Below, one piece after another: positions 48,086 to 57,226 of a stretch of 64,000 nucleotides of DNA. The notes below the pieces were generated by a model. The model was not told where the DNA came from. It saw only the letters and a program-made list of their open reading frames with translations, and did no database searches. How positions within the stretch are numbered: the first letter of the stretch is position 1; every line of letters starts with the position of its first letter. Both the position numbers and the translations under genes were made by a program. The stretch is from an uncultured Bacilli bacterium (GTDB taxonomy: Bacteria; Bacillota_I; Bacilli_A; RF39; UBA660): the NCBI GenBank assembly GCA_934101115.1, contig CAKOPW010000006.1, positions 18,632 to 82,631 of the forward strand, written 5' to 3'.

Positions 48086-48682
48086 TCAAAATGTTTTTAA
48101 CATTTCACCTAAATAAGTACCAGCATAACTATTTACGCTAGTACATGAATATCCAATCCCTTGTTTAAAATATTCTTCACCTTTAGATAAACATGCCTCT
48201 TTAGTTTTTTGCTCTGTTTTAAATTCATCAACAGAATAATCTATTCTTTGCCAACTCCACATTGGCTTATGATAATAATCATATTCACTAATTCCAAGTC
48301 CTTCCCAAGCTGTTTTTTCAACCTTTGAATTTTGTTCTTCTACCACTGTAGTATTCTGTTTGGCATTATTATTACTTTTATTGCCATTATCAGACTTTTT
48401 TTCTTCAATTTTTCCTTCAGGTTGTTTTTGATTAGTTTTATATTCATTTGTATTTTCTTCGGTTGACTTGGAAGATTTATCAATAGATTGTTCTTTTGTT
48501 TTCTCCTGATTTATTTCAGATTCTTCACCAGATACTTTATTATCTTTAATATCTACTTTTTCACTAACAGTATCAATATTATGTGAATCATCTAACTTTT
48601 TATCTTTTGAATACAATATAAAACAGATAATACCAGAAGCAATAATTAAAACTGCTATTACTGATATAATTATTTTTTTCAT
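48086..48682 (-). CDS. Membrane-anchored low-complexity protein with a Cys-containing C-terminal domain
   Basis: 198 aa; N-terminal TM; K/E/N-rich linker. Confidence 0.45.
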   Translation of the reverse strand: MKKIIISVIAVLIIASGIICFILYSKDKKLDDSHNIDTVSEKVDIKDNKVSGEESEINQEKTKEQSIDKSSKSTEENTNEYKTNQKQPEGKIEEKKSDNGNKSNNNAKQNTTVVEEQNSKVEKTAWEGLGISEYDYYHKPMWSWQRIDYSVDEFKTEQKTKEACLSKGEEYFKQGIGYSCTSVNSYAGTYLGEMLKTF

Positions 48683-48710
48683 ACGATCTCACCTCATCCT
48701 GATGATAACA

Positions 48711-48941
48711 TCATTTTTTTAAAAACACAAATCCTCTTTTTTTACAAAATAAAGGTCTTTTATTTACCTTATTAACTTGAACATAATTTCTAGTTTCTTC
48801 TTTAGTAAATAATTTTTCGTAATCTCCTTTTAGTACAACATCTTCAATGCTTTTTAGTGCTTCATCATTAGATGTTGACTGTACTGATATTTTTATTTCT
48901 TTTACTATTTTTAGACTTACTTCATAATTCTTTTCTTTCAT
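48711..48941 (-). CDS. Hypothetical small protein (76 aa), first gene after the long leader
   Basis: AAAGGATAAG SD. Confidence 0.35.
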   Translation of the reverse strand: MKEKNYEVSLKIVKEIKISVQSTSNDEALKSIEDVVLKGDYEKLFTKEETRNYVQVNKVNKRPLFCKKRGFVFLKK

Positions 48942-49255
48942 AATCTTATCCTTTCTTTTTTATTACATTGTTGATATTTTACCTACTACCCTCAACAGGG
49001 GATTATTACTAAACGATTGATAGTTAATCAATTCCACGAGTCTATGCTCTTCTGTGGTTCTCACAGAACTGCTTCCATTATTTGAGATTGTGGCTAAGCA
49101 GGAGTATCATTATCCCTATTATTTGTCATGGCAGAAGATAGAACTACTATCCTTTTATAGTCAGATTTTTACCGACAAGCGAATCTACTAATGTGCTAAC
49201 CGTTTCCAGTTATAATAGGAATGTATTTAGTAAATGCAATTAAATTTTCAAAGAA

Positions 49256-49292
49256 CAAGTGAGAAAAGATATTTTTTTATCCCTCTCACTTG
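49256..49292 (-). terminator. Hairpin terminator/attenuator downstream of the sigma-like gene
   Basis: 9-bp stem caagtgaga / tctcacttg, 19-nt loop, T-rich tail on the minus strand. Confidence 0.45.
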
Positions 49293-49321
49293 TTTGGCAC
49301 TTTGAAAGCAAAAAGTTAAGT

Positions 49322-49813
49322 CTAAAATTTAAATTTTTTTGAAATATTTTTAATTGCTGTATCAATTGAGTATTTTACAGCAACTTTGGAACACTTTTCT
49401 TCATTAGCAATTTCTTCATAAGTCTTATCGTAAAAGTAATATTTTATTATTCTTCTTTTTTGAATATCATTTAATTCATTGATGGCAGATTTTATTTCTT
49501 CACTTATAATTTTGTTAGATACTTCCTCTTCTACAGATATGGTTTCAGTAATACTTCTATGATAAAGTGTTTCTTCATATAATTCGTTAAATTCAATGTG
49601 TTTCCTAATCTTATGAATTTGAGATATATCCTCTAATTCAAAACTATCAAAAGCATCATATACTTCTTTTGAAATAATCATTTCCTGTTGATTATTTCTA
49701 CTATCTTTAAACTTTAATATATAACAATTATTTTCTTTTATTTCTAAAGTATAAGGATTATATTTATCCTTATTTCTTGTTTCGTGTTTATTCATTTTTT
49801 CTCTCCTTATCAA
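49322..49813 (-). CDS. Sigma-70 region-4-like HTH regulator (Tn916 Orf7-like position)
   Basis: 163 aa; C-terminal QKRRIIKYYFYDKTYEEIANEEKCSKVAVKYSI. Confidence 0.55.
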   Translation of the reverse strand: MIRREKMNKHETRNKDKYNPYTLEIKENNCYILKFKDSRNNQQEMIISKEVYDAFDSFELEDISQIHKIRKHIEFNELYEETLYHRSITETISVEEEVSNKIISEEIKSAINELNDIQKRRIIKYYFYDKTYEEIANEEKCSKVAVKYSIDTAIKNISKKFKF

Positions 49814-49872
49814 CTTAATTTTTTAAATTGATAAAGGAGGTCCACGAATAAATAAGTAAACTTTTATTAAAC

Positions 49873-49919
49873 AAAAAAAGGTGTCAAAAATATCCCTATT
49901 TAGAATATCTTTGACACCT
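49873..49919 (-). terminator. Intrinsic terminator in the 470-bp non-coding gap
   Basis: 10-bp stem aggtgtcaaa / tttgacacct plus U7 on the minus strand. Confidence 0.6.
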
Positions 49920-50281
49920 TCAACAATTATATAAGTCCACACAACTTTATGAACTTTACGGCATTTTATCCCCATAAGCATCACCATAGCAATGTTAAAT
50001 ACTGCTAATGTAATTAGTTGGTACTGCTTATGCTAATTACAAGTTATAAATAATAATGCTAAATTCAATGAGGATAAAAGTATACTTTTCCATGATGCAT
50101 TACTGAGTATAACTTTCATTGCTTCCTTTTTTCTACATATTTTTTTCACTTCCTAAAAAATAAAACAGTAACAACAAAACAAGTCATTACTGCTTTAAAA
50201 ATATTACTAACATCTGTTAGCTTACTACAATCTAATTATAACATTTATTTTTTCAAAAGAAAAGAACCACACTATGTGATT

Positions 50282-51394
50282 CTAAATATTTTTAATTGCA
50301 TTTTCTAGTAAATTAATAAGCCTTTTAATGTCATCTCTTTCTAGTGATACATTAAAATATTCTGTGGACCTATCAAAATGAAATTCTATTTCAACTAATT
50401 CATAGCAAGATCTATCTTTCCAAAATACAAACTGAACGGCTGAATCTAAGAAATCCATTTTTTCAAATGATTCTTTTTTATCTTTTTTAGAATGAAAACA
50501 TTTTTTAAATCTATCTAATAATTTATTAAATTCATTTTTTGTCATTATAAAATTATCTATTTTTGCAGAAAATGAAGGATTTTGAACACCAAATTCAATT
50601 GTGTATTTATCATCCTCTTTATTTAAAATATTAAATAATATTGAACTACCATTCTCTCCTACAAAATAATTATCCCATTGATTAAAAGTAAATCTTGTAT
50701 TCCAATTTAAATTATAATAGTCTGCTAGGCACCATTCCACCTGTAAAGCATAAAAATCATATTTATCTTCTTTTATATCACTCATAGATATAAAACAATT
50801 GAAGATATTATTTTTTCTTAAATATACTATTTTAGTAAATATTTTTTCTATCTCAAAAATGTCCTTATCATTATCAAAAACAAATTTAGATAACTCTTTA
50901 TTTAACATTTTGGTATATATATTATCTTCATATAACTTAGAAAATAACAATACATTATTATAAAAATTATAAAGATACATTCTAATAAAACCTGCTGTAT
51001 ATTTTGCAATATTATTATATTGATTTTTACCGCTGTGAACATTATCTTTGCATAATAATATGTTCACATATTTATTAGATAAACTTTCTTCAATAGTTAA
51101 TAATTGTTCCGTACTATTAAAATAAAAATTATCTTTAATATAAGTAATGTATCTATCTACATTTTCAAGGAATCTTTCTTCTAAAGTAATTGTATCTCTT
51201 CCAAATACTAATTTACTAGCATCAATATTACCCTTCTTAATTTTTTCTACTAATGAGTGCATCTCTTTTATACTTAGCAATTTACATAAATCACTACCAT
51301 TTGAATACACATCACTTACTGCGTACTTCTTCATTCTTTTTGTTTGTTCCGTATCTGGAACAATCCACTCTTTTTCCATGTAATTCTCCTTCAT
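50282..51394 (-). CDS. Hypothetical protein (370 aa), divergent from the XRE regulator
   Basis: Long ORF; no motif recognised. Confidence 0.5.
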   Translation of the reverse strand: MKENYMEKEWIVPDTEQTKRMKKYAVSDVYSNGSDLCKLLSIKEMHSLVEKIKKGNIDASKLVFGRDTITLEERFLENVDRYITYIKDNFYFNSTEQLLTIEESLSNKYVNILLCKDNVHSGKNQYNNIAKYTAGFIRMYLYNFYNNVLLFSKLYEDNIYTKMLNKELSKFVFDNDKDIFEIEKIFTKIVYLRKNNIFNCFISMSDIKEDKYDFYALQVEWCLADYYNLNWNTRFTFNQWDNYFVGENGSSILFNILNKEDDKYTIEFGVQNPSFSAKIDNFIMTKNEFNKLLDRFKKCFHSKKDKKESFEKMDFLDSAVQFVFWKDRSCYELVEIEFHFDRSTEYFNVSLERDDIKRLINLLENAIKNI

Positions 51395-51508
51395 TAAAAC
51401 TAATTGATTTTGTACTGCTGTTTCTATTATAACACATTTTTAGTCTATTTCCCCAAGAAATATGAATATACCCCAATTAAATGGGAAAATTATATTAGGT
51501 GATTAAAT

Positions 51509-51946
51509 GTGAAGGTAAAAAGACTTAGGGAAACTAGAGAAAATTTAGATTTAAAACAGATTGATTTAACTGATTTATTTGGTGTTACATATTCAACTAT
51601 TTCAGGATGGGAAACAGGAAAAGATACAATACCTTTAAAGCAATTAATTAAATATGCAAATAAATATAATTATAGTTTGGATTATCTATTAGGGCTAACA
51701 GATAAAAATATTGAATATAAAGACCTTAAAATAAATCTTAATTCTTTGGCAACTAATTTGAGAAAAAAGAGAAAACAATATGGTAAAACTCAACAACAGA
51801 TTGCCGATATTATTAATACAAGTCAATCAAGTTATGCTCATTATGAAAATGCTAGATATTTAATGCCATTAAACTTTTTATACAATCTTAGTAAGATATA
51901 TAATGATTTATCAATAGATGAAATGTTGGGAAGAAAAAAGAAGTAG
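51509..51946 (+). CDS. Tandem-HTH XRE-family regulator (two HTH_3-like domains), GTG start
   Basis: LRETRENLDLKQIDLTDLFGVTYSTISGWETGK and LRKKRKQYGKTQQQIADIINTSQSSYAHYENAR; AGGTGA SD. Confidence 0.75.
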   Translation: MKVKRLRETRENLDLKQIDLTDLFGVTYSTISGWETGKDTIPLKQLIKYANKYNYSLDYLLGLTDKNIEYKDLKINLNSLATNLRKKRKQYGKTQQQIADIINTSQSSYAHYENARYLMPLNFLYNLSKIYNDLSIDEMLGRKKK

Positions 51947-51967
51947 ATTATTAAATACTACTTCTTT

Positions 51968-53263
51968 TTATTCGCTTATTAATTTTCCAATATCATTACA
52001 TAATGGTAGTAATTGTTCTATTTTATTTACAATTATTTGTTGATCTTCTATAGATGGATACTTTAACTCAATATTTTTAATTTTATTAATACTTACTCCG
52101 CCGATTATTCCGCTTAAATTACTATTAAAGTTTTTTAGAAAAATAGGAGATTGTAAATAATAATACAAAAATTTAGGAAGAATATTTGGATTTGTAGAGA
52201 ATCTACATAACTTATTACCATAACACACTGTTTCATTTAAAATACCAATCTTTTTTCCAGCACTTCCACCTTCAATACAAATCAAAATATCGTTTTCTCT
52301 TGCATATTTAAATCCTTTTTCATCGAAAGGAATTTTTATACCATTATCATAATTAAAAGTATGATTAAATTCTAAATCCTTTGTAGCAATATAGTTATAT
52401 CCATCTTTAATATTTGTATATTTAGATTTTTTTATGGATTCAGAAATACTATTACCAGTTACAATATCTTTACAACAATCAATAAGTTTATTACTATTCC
52501 ACACGGAAGTATTTTGATTTGTCAACTTACCAGTGTAAGCATCATTCAAGATACTGGTAATCATATCATTTGGAAAGCTATCTTTCAAAAATTTAAGTTC
52601 TTCTTCAATTGGTTTTATTTCGTTTAGTTTAGCAAATATTTCTTCTATTTTATCTACTATTCTCTGCTGTTCTTCTAATGGTGGCAGAGGGATTATATAT
52701 TCACCAATTTTATCTGTAGATGTATGAACTATAATATTTCCTTTTGCAGTTTTGGATTTTTGTTTTATTAAAAATTGACTAAACATGCAATATACAATAT
52801 ACATAGGATTTTGATTATGCTCTGTTAAAGAACACATATCACCTCCCATTACTAATCCTTTATTTCCAAGATAAGCAGTTGCTTTTGCAATATCGTATTC
52901 ATTTTCACCAGTCAAAGTAAAAAGAACATCTCCATAATTAACACTTTTATATTTTTTTGAATTAGTTTCTTCTATAAATGATATAGTTTCTTTGAAAGAG
53001 TAAGAATATGATGTATATATTTCTCCATATCTAATACATGGAAATCCTTCATTTACTGTTTCTGTTCTTTTAATGCCATTTCCTCTGACTAATTTTCCTA
53101 CATATTTCAATTTTGTCCAAATCCAGTTTTTAGGTATTTCAAACAAATTGTCAGCATTATCTATTTCTTTTACTCCCTTGACAGATTCGTTCTTATTCTG
53201 AATGCTTAATTTACCACATATTGCATAATTTAAAATACTTTTTTTGAAATCTTCAACAATCAT
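51968..53263 (-). CDS. hsdS: Type I R-M specificity subunit HsdS
   Basis: 431 aa; two TRDs separated by conserved LPPLEEQQRIVDKIEEIF and YPSIEDQQIIVNKIEQL helices. Confidence 0.85.
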   Translation of the reverse strand: MIVEDFKKSILNYAICGKLSIQNKNESVKGVKEIDNADNLFEIPKNWIWTKLKYVGKLVRGNGIKRTETVNEGFPCIRYGEIYTSYSYSFKETISFIEETNSKKYKSVNYGDVLFTLTGENEYDIAKATAYLGNKGLVMGGDMCSLTEHNQNPMYIVYCMFSQFLIKQKSKTAKGNIIVHTSTDKIGEYIIPLPPLEEQQRIVDKIEEIFAKLNEIKPIEEELKFLKDSFPNDMITSILNDAYTGKLTNQNTSVWNSNKLIDCCKDIVTGNSISESIKKSKYTNIKDGYNYIATKDLEFNHTFNYDNGIKIPFDEKGFKYARENDILICIEGGSAGKKIGILNETVCYGNKLCRFSTNPNILPKFLYYYLQSPIFLKNFNSNLSGIIGGVSINKIKNIELKYPSIEDQQIIVNKIEQLLPLCNDIGKLISE

Positions 53264-54747
53264 TTTAAATCACCTATTATTTTAATGATACCCTCAAGTT
53301 TTTCATCTAATTGTTTTTCTAGAGTTTCTCTTCTAGTTATAAAGTTATCTATTGTTTCCCTTGGTGATAGTATAATTTCTTCCTTTTTTGGATAACCACA
53401 TTGATCTAGATTATAATTTAGATTAGATAATTCTTCTATTGTAAATTTCTTTGATTTATAAGTTTCGGTTAATGATTCATCATCCTTTAAATCTTTAATC
53501 TCAGTTCTGTTATACCACCAATCAATAATAGATTGCAAATGTTTTAATTCCACAGGTTTCGTTTTACTAAATGCTTTATATCCTTCTGGTAAATCCATTC
53601 TATAAAACCATGTTTCTTGTGTTGGGCCTGTTTTATCAAAAAACAATAAGTTTGTTGCAATACTTGTATATGGTGCAAATATTGAACCTGGTAATCTTAT
53701 AATTGTATGCAAATTACATTCTTCCATTAACTTCTTTTTTATTGCGACTTTAGTATTATCATTTCCAAATAAAAATCCATCTGGTAATACTATACCAACC
53801 TTACCATTTTGTTTTAATCTATAAAGTATTTCTACCATGAACAAATCAGCCGTTTCAGAATCTCTTAAATCAGTTGGAAAATTTTGTTGTACAGATTTTT
53901 TTTCAGTACCACCATAAGGAGGATTCATTAAGATAATATCAAATTTATCCTCTTCTTCATAATCTCTTACATTCTTTTCAAGAGAATTGCCTCTTATAAT
54001 ATTAGGCTCATTAACATCATGTAAAAGCATATTGGTTGTACATAATAAATATGGTAAAGATTTCTTTTCAACTCCGTAAAATGATTTTTTTAATATCTCA
54101 TTAGATTCTGTATCATTTGCTTGTTCTTTCATATGATTAAGTGCTGAAACAAGGAATCCACCAGTACCACAAGCAAAGTCTGCTACTGTCTGTCCAATTT
54201 TAGGATCAACCATTTTAACAATAAAGTCAGTTACTGCTCTTGGAGTATAAAATTCTCCAGATTTACCAGCCGATTGTAGATCTTTTAATATTGTTTCGTA
54301 TATTTCATTAAACGCATGTCTTGTTTGAAAGTCTGTTAAATCAATTTCGTTTAAGACATTAACCACCTGTCTAATTAATACGCCATCCTTCATATAGTTA
54401 TTTAAATCTTCAAAAACTTCTCTAACTATTCTTCCCCTTATTGGAGTTGTTTCATTAATTTCAAGATTTTTTAAAGTATCAAATAATTGAATAATAAAGT
54501 TAGAAAGTTCATCACCTGTCATTGCCTTTCCATCTTTATTATCTATTGCCCAATTTCTCCATCTATATTCCTCTGGGATGATTGATTTATAATTATCTTC
54601 TAAAATTTCCCATTCACTTTCTTTAGCATCATACAATTTTAAGAACAGCATCCAAACAATTTGTTCTATTCTTTGGGCATCACCATTAACACCTGCATCT
54701 TGCCTCATAATATCTTGTAATCTTTTTATCATTGTTCCTATATTCAT
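53260..54747 (-). CDS. hsdM: Type I R-M N6-adenine methyltransferase HsdM
   Basis: DFACGTGGFL (motif I), LMNPPYGG (motif IV), N-terminal HsdM_N-like region. Confidence 0.9.
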   Translation of the reverse strand: MNIGTMIKRLQDIMRQDAGVNGDAQRIEQIVWMLFLKLYDAKESEWEILEDNYKSIIPEEYRWRNWAIDNKDGKAMTGDELSNFIIQLFDTLKNLEINETTPIRGRIVREVFEDLNNYMKDGVLIRQVVNVLNEIDLTDFQTRHAFNEIYETILKDLQSAGKSGEFYTPRAVTDFIVKMVDPKIGQTVADFACGTGGFLVSALNHMKEQANDTESNEILKKSFYGVEKKSLPYLLCTTNMLLHDVNEPNIIRGNSLEKNVRDYEEEDKFDIILMNPPYGGTEKKSVQQNFPTDLRDSETADLFMVEILYRLKQNGKVGIVLPDGFLFGNDNTKVAIKKKLMEECNLHTIIRLPGSIFAPYTSIATNLLFFDKTGPTQETWFYRMDLPEGYKAFSKTKPVELKHLQSIIDWWYNRTEIKDLKDDESLTETYKSKKFTIEELSNLNYNLDQCGYPKKEEIILSPRETIDNFITRRETLEKQLDEKLEGIIKIIGDLK

Positions 54748-54758
54748 TTTTTCACTCC

Positions 54759-57089
54759 CTAACTATACAATAAATTTTCTAATTTTGAAATCATACCTAA
54801 GTATTTATCTTTTCCACCAAATAAATTAATGATAGGAACAAGACCTCCAAATTTATTAAAATTTTTAATTTCCAGTAATTTAATATTTTCAAGTTCTATA
54901 ATATTTTTACTTTTATACACTTTTAAAAGTTCATCAATTACATTTTTTTGTTTATCGTTATATTCATTTAAAATAGAACTTTCTTCTACCTTTTCAATTC
55001 TATCTTCTTTTGTTAATGCTTTTTCATCATAAGCCATGTTTGAAAGTATATCAAATATATCAATATTATTATCATTTACTTTATTAAATACAGCATCAAC
55101 CATTACTCCTTCACTCATTAAATGTTCTAGAAACTCTTTTTTAGAATCAGCCCTAAACCATTCTTGCTCAAAACCATCATGATTTTCGTATAATCTTTTA
55201 AGATTTTTCTTAGAATATTCCATTATGGATTCTGTTATTAGTTTTCCATCTGCATCATAGTATTTTATTGTTTCATTTAATATTGAAACATCAACGCCCT
55301 TAATGTAAATTTTTTTAAATCCTTCTTGATCCACTGCTCCATTAATTGGTAGTTCAGGTTTAATGTTATCAATTCCATATTCTTTTGGAGATTTTACATC
55401 ATCTAAATCACCACCATCAATATTAATAATTGATTCTGCAGGTCCATTAAATGCTGGATCAGCAAACTTTTCAGAATTATTTCTAAAATCCATAATTGTA
55501 AAGAATTCTTTTCCTTTATTTAGAAGTAATCTTGTACCTCTACCAATTATTTGTTTGAATTCAGTCATACTTTGTATTTCTTCATCTAATACAATTAATT
55601 TTACAGTTTTAGTATCAACCCCAGTTGATAATAATTTTGATGTTGTTGCAATAACTGGATATGTTGTATTTGAATCAATAAAATCATCCAATTTAGTTTT
55701 CCCATAGTCATCGTTACTAGTAATTCTTACAACATAACTTGGATTCACTTTCATCATATCAGAATTTTCATTTGCTAAAGCATCTCTCATTCTAAGTGCA
55801 TGTTCAGTATCTACGCAAAATACAATTGTTCTCGCATATCTATCAGTTGCTTTTAAATATTCTGTAATTCTTTTTGCTACTACTTTTGTTCTCTCATCAA
55901 TAACAATTTTTCTATCAAAATCATGTACTGTATATTCTTTATCCTCCACCTCATATCCATCTTCATCAAGTTTACCTTTTTCTGGTCTATAACCCTCCAA
56001 ATCTTTGTCAAGCCCAACTTTAATAACTTTATATGGTGCAAGGAATCCATCTTCTATTCCATCTTTTAATGAATAAGTATAAATAGGTTCTCCAAAATAA
56101 GCAATATTTGAAATATCATTGGTTTCTTTAGGCGTTGCAGTCATACCAATTTGTGTAGCAGAACTAAAATAATTAAGTATTTCATGCCAGTTTGAATCAT
56201 CTCTTGCACTACTTCTATGACACTCATCAACAATTATTAAATCAAAGAAATCAGGTTTAAATTGTTTATATACTTCTTTTTCATTACTTCTAAGTTGATG
56301 ATATAGTGACATATATATTTCATAAGATGAATCCATTTTTCTGTTTTCAATTTTAGTCATTACTTTTTGAAAAGGTTTAAAATCGTTTTGCATTGTTTGA
56401 TCAATCAAAATATTTCTATCAGCCAAATACAAAATCTTCTTTTTTGCTCCAGAACTATATAATCTGTGGATTATTTGAAATGCTGTAAATGTTTTTCCAG
56501 TTCCAGTTGCCATTACAAGCAGTATTCTTTTTTGCCCTTTGGCGATAGCTTCAACCGTTTTATTAATAGCAATTCTCTGATAATACCTAGGAGTTTTAAA
56601 TGCACTCATATAATAATAAGGTTGTGTGATTATTTTTGTTTCCTCTTCTGTTAAGTTTTTTTCTGCTTTATATCTATTCCACAACTCTTCTGGTGTTGGA
56701 AATTCATCTAATTTGATTTCTCTCTCTTTTCCAGTAATTCTATCATGTTCATAAAATCCAGACCCATTTGATGAATACGCAAAAGGAATATCTAAATCTA
56801 CAGCATATCCAATTGCTTGTTGAATTCCATGAGATACTGTAACTTTATTATCTTTTGCTTCAACAATTGCAATTGGCATATTTGACCTGTAAGATAACAG
56901 ATAGTCAACTTTTTTGCCTTTGCCCCTACTGGCAACATTTTCTCTAACATTTATTTTACCATCTGTATAATAATACTCACATCTAATTTGAGATTGTATA
57001 TCCCATTCTGATTTTTGTAACGATGGAGTTATAAATCTTAATTTAATATCTTCTTCTGTCAAATCTTTAATACTTAATTCATTATTCAT
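54759..57089 (-). CDS. hsdR: Type I R-M restriction subunit HsdR
   Basis: 776 aa; N-terminal nuclease region (VDYLL..AIVEAK), helicase motifs MATGTGKTFTAF, IIVDECHRS, MTATP. Confidence 0.85.
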   Translation of the reverse strand: MNNELSIKDLTEEDIKLRFITPSLQKSEWDIQSQIRCEYYYTDGKINVRENVASRGKGKKVDYLLSYRSNMPIAIVEAKDNKVTVSHGIQQAIGYAVDLDIPFAYSSNGSGFYEHDRITGKEREIKLDEFPTPEELWNRYKAEKNLTEEETKIITQPYYYMSAFKTPRYYQRIAINKTVEAIAKGQKRILLVMATGTGKTFTAFQIIHRLYSSGAKKKILYLADRNILIDQTMQNDFKPFQKVMTKIENRKMDSSYEIYMSLYHQLRSNEKEVYKQFKPDFFDLIIVDECHRSSARDDSNWHEILNYFSSATQIGMTATPKETNDISNIAYFGEPIYTYSLKDGIEDGFLAPYKVIKVGLDKDLEGYRPEKGKLDEDGYEVEDKEYTVHDFDRKIVIDERTKVVAKRITEYLKATDRYARTIVFCVDTEHALRMRDALANENSDMMKVNPSYVVRITSNDDYGKTKLDDFIDSNTTYPVIATTSKLLSTGVDTKTVKLIVLDEEIQSMTEFKQIIGRGTRLLLNKGKEFFTIMDFRNNSEKFADPAFNGPAESIINIDGGDLDDVKSPKEYGIDNIKPELPINGAVDQEGFKKIYIKGVDVSILNETIKYYDADGKLITESIMEYSKKNLKRLYENHDGFEQEWFRADSKKEFLEHLMSEGVMVDAVFNKVNDNNIDIFDILSNMAYDEKALTKEDRIEKVEESSILNEYNDKQKNVIDELLKVYKSKNIIELENIKLLEIKNFNKFGGLVPIINLFGGKDKYLGMISKLENLLYS

Positions 57090-57141
57090 AATCTACACTT
57101 ACTCCTTTTTTATAGAGATAATTCAAAAATTATACATATAT

Positions 57142-57175
57142 TATAATTATACCATAAAAAGTGTAAATTTACATT
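57142..57175 (-). promoter_or_regulatory. 34-nt promoter/operator module, copy 1 (upstream of hsdR): extended -10 TGGTATAAT plus 12-bp palindrome TGTAAATTTACA
   Basis: Identical to 61708-61741; TATAATTATACCATAAAAAGTGTAAATTTACATT on the plus strand. Confidence 0.6.
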
Positions 57176-57226
57176 GATATAGATTAAAAAAAGAGTAAAG
57201 AAATATAAAATTACAAAAAAAAGACA

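Larger units (their letters stand above)
20395..49813 (-). mobile_element. Integrative conjugative element, core region (serine recombinase to sigma-like regulator). The right boundary is unresolved; it may include the 50-64 kb defence genes and extend beyond the window
   Basis: Large serine recombinase at the junction, then T4CP, VirB4, VirB6-like, M23 hydrolase, relaxase, SSB and sortase/adhesin, nearly all co-directional with overlapping stops and starts; no phage structural genes. Confidence 0.8.

Noticed and set aside
48942-49255. c-di-GMP riboswitch upstream of the adhesin/sortase operon
   Set aside because: The idea is attractive by analogy with C. difficile adhesin control. However, I could not find the conserved GEMM-I (GNRA tetraloop/receptor, GGCAAACC-like) or c-di-GMP-II (ACGCAC) cores. 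It is reported only as a structured leader.
20395-49813. Prophage interpretation of the inserted element
   Set aside because: There are no terminase, portal, capsid, tail or lysis genes. The presence of VirD4, VirB4, a relaxase and an M23 hydrolase indicates conjugation instead.
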